DNA of 63,062 nt, the filler included, from Octopus bimaculoides (Eukaryota): assembly GCF_001194135.2 (NCBI RefSeq). It is 6 parts of 6 records of this genome, joined end to end, with 100 filler letters (N's around TTAATTAATTAA, not from the genome) between each part and the next. Parts side by side here need not be neighbours in the genome. Positions count along the whole stretch, not along the records: positions 1 to 15,681 come from NC_068989.1; 5 more parts are not named here. One strand, given 5' to 3'. Position 1 is the stretch's first letter, and the number at the start of each line of letters is the position of its first letter. Under the pieces are notes generated by a model, which was given only the letters and a program-made list of their open reading frames with translations, was not told where the DNA came from and ran no database searches. Of the stretch, positions 1 to 12,057 are shown one piece after another. Made by a program: the position numbers and the translations under genes.

Positions 1-53
1 TCGGACACTGGTAGAATGTGTCATATAAAACATCTTTTACTCTTAGTGTTGTT

Positions 54-695
54 GAGAAAAGTTTATATTTTTAAAGTTATTTCGTGTTAAAATTGTCGTA
101 TTTCGGTAATTTCAACCAATCACTAACGTCTATTGAGATGAAAAAATTACTGCTGTGGAATGTAAACAACATGTTCTAGCGGTGTAATGGGATCTTTTCC
201 CTTGAATAAAATTAGTGCCGTTGTTTGTCAACAACTATCGGCGGTACTGTTATTTATAACATCATTCGTGCGTTTGTACTGGTTTTAGCTTTAGGGTTTT
301 AGGGTCAGGGTTCGGGTTTTAGAGTTAGGGTTAGGGTTAGGGCTATGAGTATTTTTGCCAAATTTGGTGAAAAATTTGTGGCGGTGTATTGAACAGATTT
401 CACCAAATTTGGCAAAAATACTCATAACCCTAGCCCTGACCCTAAAACCCTAAAGCTAAAACCAGTGCAAACGCACTAACGTTGTCATAAATAACAGTAC
501 TGCCGATAGTTGCTGTTGACAAACAACGGCACTAATTTTATTCAAGGGAAAAGATCCCATTACACCGCCACAACATGTTGTTGACAATCCACAGCAGTAA
601 CTGTACTCAGCTGAATAGACGTCAGTAATTGGTTGAAATTACTGAAATACGACAACTTTTAACATGAAATAACTTCAAATATAAAAATTTTTCTC
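54..695. mobile_element. Foldback/MITE-like element with ~310-bp inverted arms containing TTAGGG-like repeats
   Basis: Arm ~54-373 is the reverse complement of ~398-695 (e.g. gggatcttttcccttgaataaaattagtgccgttgtttgtcaac vs gttgacaaacaacggcactaattttattcaagggaaaagatccc). Degenerate TTAGGG at 290-342 and CCCTAA-like at 428-455. Confidence 0.85.
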
Positions 696-877
696 TGTTC
701 CATAAGACAAAATATACAAGTATACGAAGTTTTAAAGTGTTTCAGTACAAAACACACTAAATAAAAAATGATGTCTGCCAAATCAGAAAGATCCAAAAAT
801 TGCTTACATGTCAAACCTTGCTGCAGCGCTTAGCACACCTTTTCCTTTATCCCCACCATCTATTCTTTCCTCTGTAG

Positions 878-1050
878 CGCCAGTCTCCACGGTGACTGCC
901 GTCCCCAATGGGCATTTTCCCGGCGCTGAAAGTCCTCAATCACAAGTGGCTGTACGTCCTGTCTACCCCAGAACACAGTACAACACACAATATTCTACTC
1001 CACCCAGAGTTCATGCAGGAGATGTGTCTCAGACCACTTCCAGTGCGTAA
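878..1050 (+). CDS. Probable terminal coding exon of an unidentified gene (phase 1; ..PVSTVTAVPNGHFPGAESPQSQVAVRPVYPRTQYNTQYSTPPRVHAGDVSQTTSSA*)
   Basis: Strong polypyrimidine acceptor (tctattctttcctctgtag, AG at 876-877), open frame to TAA at 1050, locally raised GC, followed by AT-rich UTR-like sequence. No family recognised. Confidence 0.55.
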
Positions 1051-1736
1051 CTATCTTCTTAAATTCTAACAAGAAAAAAAAAATAACGATAATAATAATA
1101 ATAATAATAATAATATTTTCCCTTCTATACACAAGTCAAAAAAAAAAAAAAGCACAAATTTGTTTCTTTTGATTTTATATTTGAATCCAAATTTCATTTG
1201 ATTTAAGAATGATGAAGTTGCCTACTTTTTGTCGATTCAGCATGTGCCATGTGTGNNNNNNNNNNGGGGGGGGGTAGTGGGAGTGGTCTTGATGTAATTA
1301 TTGTATATTTCCTAATTAATTTAACCTTCTAGCTTATCTAGCAATACATGTGAGTACATGTGTGTGTGGTGTATGTGTGAACATATTAAGTGTATCTCAG
1401 ATATTATAAAAATTTGAATAATCTACTATAAGTACACAAGATTTAAACCCTTTGAGTAGATAGGTGTGTGTGTGTATGCATATAATGTGTGTGTAAATGA
1501 GTTAGCATATTTTCATTATTACAATTAGATAATCTGTTACATATGTGTGTCTGTATATATATACTTTACATTACATTGAATCCCATTATTAGTATGAATG
1601 TAAGTGAGGAGTGACTGAAACTAATATAATTTCACATTTTCTTTCCTTGTAAATATTAACACGCTTGGTTTGTTTGACTTTTCTTTTATTTCAAATTGCA
1701 ATATTTGGTAAAACAAACAGGAATTCTTCAGAATTA

Positions 1737-1770
<34 letters not shown>

Positions 1771-1939
1771 TAAGACTGGCACTTTTTCTTATTTTCTATT
1801 TGATATATATATATATATATAATTGAAAGGATAAGTAAAATTCAGTTGGTTATATCACACACACCTGATCTAAAACAATAGGATCAAATGCATAAATAGG
1901 GCTGGTGTTATCTGTAGCATGAGAGTCTGATGACCAGCT

Positions 1940-2530
1940 CGTGGCACTCTCCTTGCAATGGTGAGGTAAGAACCACACAAGACTCTCCTTACTATGGTAC
2001 TGTAACATCTTCATCACCAATACCTTTGCCCGTCCCATTACTAAGGTGATATAAATATCCTCACCAGAACAGGAAATCTCCTTTGTGGTTGCTCAACATG
2101 CTAGGAATGGCAGTCAGATGTCCTTCAGATTACACCCTATCTTCTTAAAAAAGTAGGAAAGACATTTAATGATGAAGTTGAAATATAGTCATTAGTTGCC
2201 CCTAAAAGGATAAGATGGTCACCGTTGGAATGCCTCTGATTATAAGTCTGCTCAGTCGTTGCCAACCTAGGGCTAAACAATCGCTAAACAAACTCCCTTT
2301 GCTGTGATGATGGATTGTTCATTCCAGACTCTCCTAGCCATGTATGCACATTACGTTTCCACGGCAACACAATCTACAAAGACTCTTTGTTGTGTGGTAA
2401 GTAATATCCATGCCACACTCTTCTTGCCGTGGTGTAGCACGAATTCCTGTGACCTCTCCTTACATTGGTGTAGTGTTGCTGCTGTTTCCAGACTATTCTT
2501 GTAACGGGAGCCCAAACCAGACACTATTCA
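1940..2530 (+). repeat. Degenerate ~36-38-nt tandem repeat (core ACTCTCCTTGC) in two clusters split by an interspersed repeat
   Basis: Core variants near 1945, 1980, 2290, 2328, 2379, 2415, 2452, 2490. Confidence 0.55.
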
Positions 2531-5304
2531 TCAATATAATACTTTTACATTATTCTCTTCAATCTGGTGCTGTCATACCCATTTCTAAATTATAAACCAT
2601 TTTGTTTTAGGCAATTAAATTCAACTATGGCTTTTGACCTTTTGCCAAAATGAAGTCTAACAAAATAATTAATAGTGTCTCTAATTTTTAGTCACCAACA
2701 AAAATAGTTTCATTTGTACTAATTGCCAAATAATATGTATACTTGAAAATTCCTATTTGTTTAAATATTTGAAAATCATATATATGATGTGTGTGTTTAA
2801 AATCGGATATGCTTGGGCATGTTTGTGTGTACATGTGTGTGTGTGTGTGAGTGTATGTGTGTTCATATATATATATATACACATACATACACTTGCACGT
2901 ACATGTGTGTGTATTCATGTATGTATTATTGAAACAATTTTTTTTTTTTGCTTTGAATCCTGCTCCCCCTCTCCATAAAAACTAACAATTCATCTTTAAA
3001 ACAAAAGTTGAGTTCTCACATACATACACACAAATATATACTTAAACATATTTTTGGTTCTGAATGCCACAATCAGAACTAAAATTCTTCAACACTAAGT
3101 TCTGTTTGTTTTGAAACCAATTAAAATGGTTAACAGACTACTTTAATTATAACATTAAAAATCTTATTTGTTATATATATATATATATATATATATAGAT
3201 AGATATATAGATAGATAGATAGATATAGTCCAGTTTGTTATTTGTTATTCATATGATGTAGGTTAATCAGCTTTGATCTAAGAATTAATTATTCATAATT
3301 ATATTCATTGAATAATGTCCATTACTGGATTTATAACATTCAGCTAGATTTAATAATGTTTAGTATTAGTTAATATAGCTCTGATGTGATAGTATGTTAC
3401 ATAATGTACTATATTAAATCTAAGAATGATATAAAATAAATTGCTATATTATTAGTATTATATTTTATTATTCTGCATTATAATACTATATACACTACTA
3501 GATTAAGTAGCTTTATATCAATGCAGTGCATCAGAAAGAAAATTATATTAGATCATATGTGTGTATTAATTCATATATGTTATTGATTAACTAACTAATA
3601 TTTAGTTTTTCATTGAAGAATTTATGACATCATAACTAATGTATATTAATTGATATATAAAAACATTCAGAAAAATAAGACCTGCATTATTTCTCAGTAA
3701 TGTAGTGGCTTGCTAATATTAACTATTAGACTTTTGTGTAAGCATTTTTGTTAAAAATATGTTAACAGATACAGGAGAAATTATGATTACTTAATTAAAA
3801 GTCTTTTACTTGTACCATTCTTCATTTCTATTACATAAGTATTATCTTTAAATGTGAGATAGTACCACAGAAAATATAAACTTTGATACTAAATATCTCC
3901 CAGCATTGTTTCCAGCTGAATTTAATCCTAATTGCTTTAGATTATTAAATAAAACAATAAAAAAGGGTTACAAAGCTCTGTGGCCCTTTGCTTTGTTTAC
4001 ATTTTATTATAGAGTTTAATATCTAATAAAACTGAAACAAAGGTCAGAACCAACCTTTCTGCTTGATTAAGTCTGTTGTTATTGACTAAAATGTAGTCAC
4101 TGTATCCTAACTTGCTTCAAAAACTCACTGATTCTCACACATACTGTTTCTCTCTCCTTCTCTCTCTTCAATCATACCTTGTTCATTGCTAACCTTTCAC
4201 ATCTTACAGCTGTTTCATAGCACATTTTTTTTTTACTACATTAATACCAACATTAACCCATGTTCATTCATCATTGTTTCTCATTCATACTTTAAAGTTG
4301 TCTGTTATATTTAGTTTCTCATGTCCATTCATATTGTCTTCAAAAATTAACCATGTCTCACTATGTTTTTTTTTGTTTTTTTTTTTCTAATTTCTTCATA
4401 ACCATTCATGAAAATCTTCTTTCCAAACTATTTACTTTCTTTAAATGCCATTGTCATTTTTATTCATGAATTTATTTAATTTTATTTTTCTCCCTTACAT
4501 TGATTTTCCTGTTTATGCTTATATTTCATACCAGATAATTTGCATAAGAAACTTTACATTCTTCTCTACTCTTATAATTTATTTTTTATCTAGAGCTTAA
4601 AAAAAATTATTAAACAATGTGTAGTAGTCTATAGTTTTAGAGTTAATTCTTGTTTCAGCTTTTTTTTTCTTTTCTTTTCTTTATTCCACTTTCTTTTTCT
4701 CTCTGTACAAAATAGACCAGCTCCACATATTCTCATTTTAATTCTGTTTCATTCATAATAAAATGAAGATTGAAAAATTCAACATTTTGAACAGTTCNNN
4801 NNNNNNNNNNNNNNNNNNNNNNNNNNNNNNNNNNNNNNATATATATATATATATATATATATACCAATTAATAGCAGGAATATTAAGGCATTAAGAACAT
4901 AATGATAAGACTGCTACCAGTTTTTTTTTTCAGATTTTATCTTAGTTTTCAAAGTTTTTTTGTTCCTTTATCTAAGAATACCTCTCTTCTCATTGACTGT
5001 CTTTGGGAGTGCTATATCTAACATTAAAGAATTTAAAAACAAAAGAATGAACCCTTTTTGGGATATAATCTTTTATTGTTTAATAGAAGCTATACTGTTG
5101 GGGGCAAGCATACACCTACCCAAGGTAGCTCAGAAAGATGGATGTTTACATCATGATGATGACGATGATGATATTGACTACTTTATTGTGTACATTCAAC
5201 AAGCATTCATGCATATGTTATAGATAGGTAGATGTAGATAAACTCACTCTTACAATTGAAGAAATCTGCATTTAAAGTTGAAATCAATACTAAAACATGA
5301 ATAG

Positions 5305-5432
5305 GTATATTATTTACATTCGACAGGTATTTGTCCTCATCTTGTTTGTTGTTAACACGTTTCGGCTGATATACCCTCCAGCCTTCTTCTGGTGTCTTGG
5401 GGAAATTTCGAACCTGGGTTCTCATTCCTAAG

Positions 5433-5482
<50 letters not shown>

Positions 5483-5762
5483 TATTATTATTGTTCAGGT
5501 CACTGCTTGGAATCGAACTCGGAATCTTGGGGTTAAGAGCGCGGGCTACTAACCCCAAGATTCCAAGCAGTGACTTGAACACTAATAATAACATCGAAAA
5601 ATACTTTAGGAATGAGAACCTAGGTTCGAAATTTCCCCAAGACACCTGATGAAGGCTGGAGGGTATATCAGCCGAAACATTGTGTTAATAACAAACAAGA
5701 TGAGGACAAATATGCGTCGAATGTAAATAATGTACAGAATTCCTCATCTCTTAAATATAGAA
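5305..5762. mobile_element. Head-to-head inverted dimer of a tRNA-headed SINE-like element with a hammerhead-like tail
   Basis: 5305-5535 is the reverse complement of 5550-5735. B-box-like GAGTTCGATTCC on the minus strand at 5509-5520. (TAA)n tract. Hammerhead-like motif in each arm. Confidence 0.8.
5641..5686 (+). ncRNA. Minimal type I hammerhead ribozyme-like motif (helix III mutated)
   Basis: GACAC-CTGATGA-A-GGCTG(loop)CAGCC-GAAAC-AT-T-GTGTT. Stem I GACAC/GTGTT, stem II GGCTG/CAGCC. Confidence 0.65.
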
Positions 5763-6699
5763 TGAGTAGGTATATTTTAATGCTTTCTTTATAACTTGGC
5801 CAGTGTGTTTCAACTTTTGTCTCTTCCGAGAATTTTGCTAAAGGGACAGTAGTAAATACATTTAGGCAATTTGTAAGGAAATGATGAATCTTATATTGAT
5901 GTAGATATTTAGTGCTTTTTTTTTTTTTTTTTTTTTTGTAAGATAATTGTTAGTTCTCTCTCTCACACACACTGTTGTATTGACATTCTAGTAGGAATAG
6001 TTTTGTTTTTTATTTTGTTTAAAAGGCTCAAAAGAGAATTAACAGAGGGTATTTCTAGGAATATAGCACAGGTTAGTCCAAAGACTCTGGTGCTAAGGTT
6101 GCTTTGATTAACCTATTCTCTTCAAAAATTTGTGGCCTTGTGCCTTATGTGAGAAATTAAAATTATTATGATTATTATGATATTATGAATTGTCAGGTCT
6201 TTGGTATATATAATATTGTTTCTTATGTTAACACTTCCACAGGCCTGCAAGTAAGAGCTGTTCCTCAACAAAACACTCGAGGTGAGAGACTTGTAATGTA
6301 AATTAAATTTTAAAGAGAAAAAAATATTTAAACCCGTCTGATTCTATAATCTTGCTTAGAAATTGCTTTAATGTTTAGTGTTTACTAAATTAGTTTCCAA
6401 CATTTTAGGTTACTAACACCAAATAAGACCATATACATTTGCCACCCTATTTATATGTTCAGAGCATTAAGCTTATAAAACTTTCCACATCATGGAAGCA
6501 ATTTCAATTCTTTAAAATTTCTTCGTTATATTAAATATGTTAGTGCTCATCCTTACCAAACATTTTCTTATCATTTCTGACATACATGTATTGCCTTCTC
6601 TACAGCAAAAGGATCTGTTCCTACCCTTACTTTTATACTTTAACCCCTCAACACAACTTAAAACTACCTCCTTCTTGACTGAAGTTCCACTCAACAGAA

Positions 6700-6880
6700 G
6701 GCTGTCTTAACCTTGCAAGTTACATGGCAACCTCACTAGTGTTGGTGCCACTAATAAAACACTCAGTTCATTCTGTAAAGTGGTTTTAGAAACGGGATGC
6801 ACTCCTCCAATTCACCGAATCCTGTCAAGAGTCTAACCCATGCTAGTATGGAAGACAAATGTTAAATGATGCTGATGACT
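6700..6880 (+). mobile_element. RTE-3'-end-type short retroposon, degenerate
   Basis: Ends aacccatgctagtatggaagacaaatgttaaatgatg, same tail as the 7225-7470 copy. Confidence 0.5.
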
Positions 6881-7189
6881 CATTAGTTCTGGTTTTAATC
6901 AACATTTATTTTTTGAATAGAGTATCAATTTTTGTTCTAACAAAAAGTTTTCTTGGGGTTGGGATGGCGTTTGAAACCTCTGGTGATGTATTGAATAATT
7001 GAAATCTGCAGTATTACAAGTAACAATTGCAAATAATTTAAAATCAATTTATCAGTAGGCATACCACAAAACTCCAGATTTAATTTCCCTATGAGTACTC
7101 TGCACAAGTGTCTTCTACTGTAGCTTTGTGTTGGCCAGTTCTTTAAGTACAATAATTTGGTAGATGGAAACTGCAGAAGTCCATTGGAA

Positions 7190-7224
<35 letters not shown>

Positions 7225-7228
<4 letters not shown>

Positions 7229-7470
7229 CACGTAAAAAACACCATTTTGAATGAGGCCGTTGCCAGTACTGCCTGACTGGCCCTCGTGCCGGTGGCACGT
7301 AAAAGCACCCACTACACTCTCAGAGTGGTTGGCGTTAGGAAGGGCATCCAACTGTAGAAACTTTGCCTGATCAGATTGGAGCCTGGTGCAGCCATCTAGT
7401 TCACCAGTCCTCAGTCAAATCGTCCAACCCATGCTAGCATAGAAAGCGGATGTTAAACGATGATGATATA
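7225..7470 (+). mobile_element. RTE-3'-end-type short retroposon (partial copies also ~7765-7920 + and ~12850-13210 -)
   Basis: gttggcgttaggaagggcatcc...ccaacccatgctagcat...gttaaacgatgatgat tail recurs in the window. Confidence 0.65.
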
Positions 7471-7695
7471 TATATATATATAATTAGAAGTCAAAATAGC
7501 CTCATTAAGGAATAGTAATATCCAGTGAATTACTGGTTCATTGCCTAGTATATTTTATGAATAATAATATTCATGAAATAATAGGTCTAAATATAGATCT
7601 TGGTTTATAAATATTCAAAAGAAAATTTATTAATAGAATTTATTGTCTGCAAAAATCCAACATATACTCTTACAGCTATTAGAGAATATATATAA

Positions 7696-7753
<58 letters not shown>

Positions 7754-10052
7754 TTTGAAAATGTGTTGGTATTGGCGTTAGGAAGGATCTCTAGCTGTAG
7801 AAATCATGCCAAAGTAGGCATTGGAGCATAATGCAGTCCTTAAACATGTTGGATCCTGTCAAACCATCCAACCCATGCCAGCATGGTACGTGGACATTAA
7901 ATGAGGAGGATGATGATGATATATAACCTAGCAGTTCAACAGACAGATAAATAAAATAAGCACTAGACTGAAATACTGCTGTCAACATGACTACAATAAG
8001 TAATAGGTTTGTTTTTTGTTTTTTTTTTATTATTATTATTATTTTTTTGCACATGCACTTATTTACAGTTAGTTATTTTGTGGTTGGCAGGTTCGGTATA
8101 GCTTGTTTCCACCATGTTGTTTAACACCACCATCATCTAGGATTTAATGGGTCGCAACAATGTTTTTCCTACAGATGTTTAAGGTGGTCAGGTGGACATA
8201 GGTTACATCTATTTTGTGAATTTAGAAATGTTTTAACTTGGTCATGGGCACTGTCCAACTCCCACTCTAATTATTCTATATATGCTAGAAATAGCAGTTA
8301 ACTCTCCATTTAGTCACACCTTGATATCTTTAAAGAAAGATAAACGAACACAACAGATAATGTAGTTTTGCAAATGCTAAAAAAATGAAATGATCAGAAA
8401 GAAAATGGAGGGATAGTCATGGTAGGAATACCTTTAGTCCTAGTTCCTTTTGATCAGAGTTGACTTGAGTTTGTCCTTTTAGCAGAATTGGTGGAATCGT
8501 TTGAGCATCAGACAGGGTGTCTTATGATATGAGTTCCTACTCTTTACTTCTGAGTTTTAGGGAGGTACACTTAATCTGTTGCCCTGTTTAACACATCTAC
8601 CCTGGTCCTTGATGTTCCCTTTGCGGAGTTCACTCTGCTGTAAAGAATTCAGAGTAGCTCTCTAGTTTGAGGGTAACTTCCTTTCCCACCAGTTTCAGAA
8701 ACTCTGAAAAAGTAAAGGGTTTTAGACACTAGCCCTTTCCTCCTAAACTTAGTTTGGGGAAACAAAAAAAAAAAACCTATTAAGTAATCGTCGTGTGATA
8801 TTTCTAGAGTAATTCACATGACAGAGCATATATCTCTCTCCAAACTTAGAATCAGGGGAACTCTAGTGTTGCCTGGCTATCTACGCCACTCTACAGTAGA
8901 GAAAAGGTATAAAAGGTGCTTGGAACTGAGAGGAAGGGCCACTTTGGAGTGAGATGCAGGAGACACAAGAATTGCATTGAAGCTTCCAATATACAGCCTT
9001 ACCATTTAAGCCAACTGAAAATTATAGCATGTTTGTAATTACAATCCAATGATAAAACACTCTTACATTCTTTAGTTAGACTTTTTGTATCGAGGTACAC
9101 TTTTCCCATATGAAGTAAAGCTGCTTGTTTTATACCCATAATGCAGTGTTAATAGACTGGATTACCAATAATCCAGTTCTTGTAATTCTAACAGTCTTCA
9201 GGTTATCTCCCCACATATTATGTTACTATTTGCTGCATCTTGAAAGTATCTAATAATAATAATAATAATAGCAATACTTTCTTATTGGTAAGGGCTAGTC
9301 GGGTATTGTGTACATATACTAAATCAGCCTTGCATTTTGTTTGTCTTTGGCTTTCTCATAAATGCAGAGCTTATATAGCAGATAATAATAACCAATAAGC
9401 GTTTGCTAACAATGGTTGTCTTCAACTAAATACTAACAGCAAGCTATATTATTATTAACACCTTTTACCAACTCTAATTTGCTTCTTTTTAATCTAACCT
9501 TTTTTTTTTAATCCAATCTCAATAATCATTTTAGAAGAATTATATTTCTTTCCAACCCTTTGCAAAATATCCTCCAAGATAGGTTACCGTTGTTGTTTTA
9601 AAAAAAATAGATAATCTTCAGATCAGGCTACACGGCGGGTAGAGGTTAACCAATTAATGGCTTTTGTCATCGGACTTTTCTCCCAGACTTGATAATAGGG
9701 ATTAACTATTCTTAGTTGATATTTTTTAACCCTTCATTTCACTACACCCACCTACTTATGTTAATTAACATTGCCAGAATAAAGGAAAAAAATTATATAC
9801 ATTTTGTGTTCAAGTCCCCAGTACTGCACAATGTTATATGTTAGCCAACAGGACATTTTACCTGTTTGCTTCAATTTTTTTTTTTCTTTTTAATTTTATT
9901 TTATGGAGATATACACCTGTTTTCTGTAAACTTATCATTTGGAATACTGGTTTGGAGAATGATAAGTTCAAATCCGCTGCAGGTATTTTATTGTATTTCT
10001 AGAGGGAACTCTTTTTCTACATTGTCTCAGTTCACACAGCTGTTGTCAACAG

Positions 10053-10275
10053 GTATCAGAGCATCTGGAAATGTTACCTGAACTATCAGGCCATCTGGAT
10101 GTGTTAGCTTAACTCTTAGAAAGGCTGTGTCAAGTATCAAATCATCTGGATGTGTTTGCTTAACTCTTGGATCATCTGGAAATGTTAAGTGAAGTATCAG
10201 ATGATCTGGATGTATTAGTTTAACTATCAGATCATCTGGAAATATTGTCGAGTATGAGATTATCTACATGTGTTA
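10053..10275. repeat. Degenerate 30-nt minisatellite (CATCTGGA-anchored, alternating two unit types)
   Basis: catctggaaatgttacctgaactatcaggc / catctggatgtgtttgcttaactcttggat / catctggaaatgttaagtgaagtatcagat etc. Confidence 0.75.
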
Positions 10276-11813
10276 CCTATAACAGAATCTCTGAATATTG
10301 CCTACCCTGTATTGGCATTCTATCCCGGGAGAAGTTATATTTCTCTTTGATTTCACACTATAAAGCTACAATTAAGCATAAATCCTTTATGACTTGTACT
10401 CACATTTGTTTTCTTTTAATATCTACGTTGTATTCCTAAATTCTGGGTGCTTCATTTCAATTTGAACTTTTCAATAAAGAAAAGCACAACCTATTACAAG
10501 TATCCTACGCTATCCTTTTACGTACTAAGTTAATTCTTAGTACAGACATATTTGTTTTACACGAGTCAACTAAGCATCAAGTTTCACTTTCACTTTCACT
10601 TTTATGATGCCTACTATTTTAGAATTACAAAGCATCTAGTCCAGTCTAACATGAAAAAAAAATCAGATTGAAGTATATTTATTTGAATGCGTAAATGACT
10701 GAAAAGCATGGGGCTTTATGTTTGGTTACAAGTTGTTAAATAAAAGTTAATTATATTCTTGTTTAAACTTAGGGATTCATTCTTAAAGAAATGTATCACC
10801 AATGTATGCTAAAAGAAGTGGGGGGGGGGGCAAGATTTTCAAAGTAAAATGAAATATTGAAGTTAAAGAAGTAAAATCTAGCAATAGCTTTTATTGGAGT
10901 TGGTAAATAGATAAAGTGTGGGTATTTTTGAGTAGACTTCAAATGAAGTAGGTTAACATATATAAGCATCGCAATTTGATGAATTTTTTTTTTTTTTTCT
11001 GTCATTTTGATAAAATTTAAGTTTTCATCAACTGAAATTTAACTCTGAATGAAATTTGATTGGGAAAAGAAAAAAATCTTTTAACTGACACTGAAATNNN
11101 NNNNNNNNNNNNNNNNNNNNNNNNNNNNNNNNNNNNNNNNNNNNNNNNNNNNNNNNNNNNNNNNNNNNNNNNNNNNNNNNNNNNNNNNNNNNNNNNNNNN
11201 NNNNNNNNNNNNNNNNNNNNNNNNNNNNNNNNNNNNNNNNNNNNNNNNNNNNNNNNNNNNNNNNNNNNNNNNNNNNNNNNNNNNNNNNNNNNNNNNNNNN
11301 NNNNNNNNNNNNNNNNNNNNNNNNNNNNNNNNNNNNNNNNNNNNNNNNNNNNNNNNNNNNNNNNNNNNNNNNNNNNNNNNNNNNNNNNNNNNNNNNNNNN
11401 NNNNNNNNNNNNNNNNNNNNNNNNNNNNNNNNNNNNNNNNNNNNNNNNNNNNNNNNNNNNNNNNNNNNNNNNNNNNNNNNNNNNNNNNNNNNNNNNNNNN
11501 NNNNNNNNNNNNNNNNNNNNNNNNNNNNNNNNNNNNNNNNNNNNNNNNNNNNNNNNNNNNNNNNNNNNNNNNNNNNNNNNNNNNNNNNNNNNNNNNNNNN
11601 NNNNNNNNNNNNNNNNNNNNNNNNNNNNNNNNNNNNNNNNNNNNNNNNNNNNNNNNNNNNNNNNNNNNNNNNNNNNNNNNNNNNNNNNNNNNNNNNNNNN
11701 NNNNNNNNNNNNNNNNNNNNNNNNNNNNNNNNNNNNNNNNNNGTATGTGTATGTATGTATGTGTATGTATGTATGTATATATATGTATGTATGTATATAT
11801 ATGTATGTATATG

Positions 11814-11845
<32 letters not shown>

Positions 11846-11892
11846 TATATATATGTATGTGTATATATATATATATATATATATACATATAT

Positions 11893-12057
11893 ATGATGGG
11901 CTTCTTTCAGTTTCCGTCTACCAAATCCATTCACAAGGCTTTGGTCGGCCTGAGGCTATAGTAGAAGACACTTGCCCAAGGTGCCATGCAGTGGGACTGA
12001 ACCCGGAACCATGTGGTTGGTAAGCAAGCTACTTACCACACAGCCACTCCTGCGCCT
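11893..12057 (-). mobile_element. tRNA-derived SINE family A
   Basis: Reverse complement of ggcgcaggagtggctgtgtggtaag...ggttccgggttcagtcccac...gaaagaagccc; multi-copy in the window. Confidence 0.85.

Noticed and set aside
290-342. TTAGGG run as a telomere or fusion site
   Set aside because: Short, degenerate and embedded in the arms of a foldback element.
1940-2530. CRISPR-like repeat/spacer appearance
   Set aside because: Cores are short and degenerate, the context is eukaryotic and there are no cas genes.
4960-5223. ORF containing LTVFGSAI, resembling the MAN2A1 signal anchor
   Set aside because: Wrong strand and wrong position relative to the exon at 17.9 kb; no continuing transmembrane segment; likely coincidence.
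6480-6700. Purine-rich minus-strand LINE-like remnants (also ~9440-9760, ~16150-16600)
   Set aside because: Too degraded to assign by eye.
11017-11934. Long ORFs spanning N gaps or microsatellites (also ~27.8-28.8, 52.7-53.7, 54.1-54.9, 60.3-62.7 kb; poly-YI, HT, CV, A, M ORFs)
   Set aside because: Artefacts of N runs and di/trinucleotide repeats.
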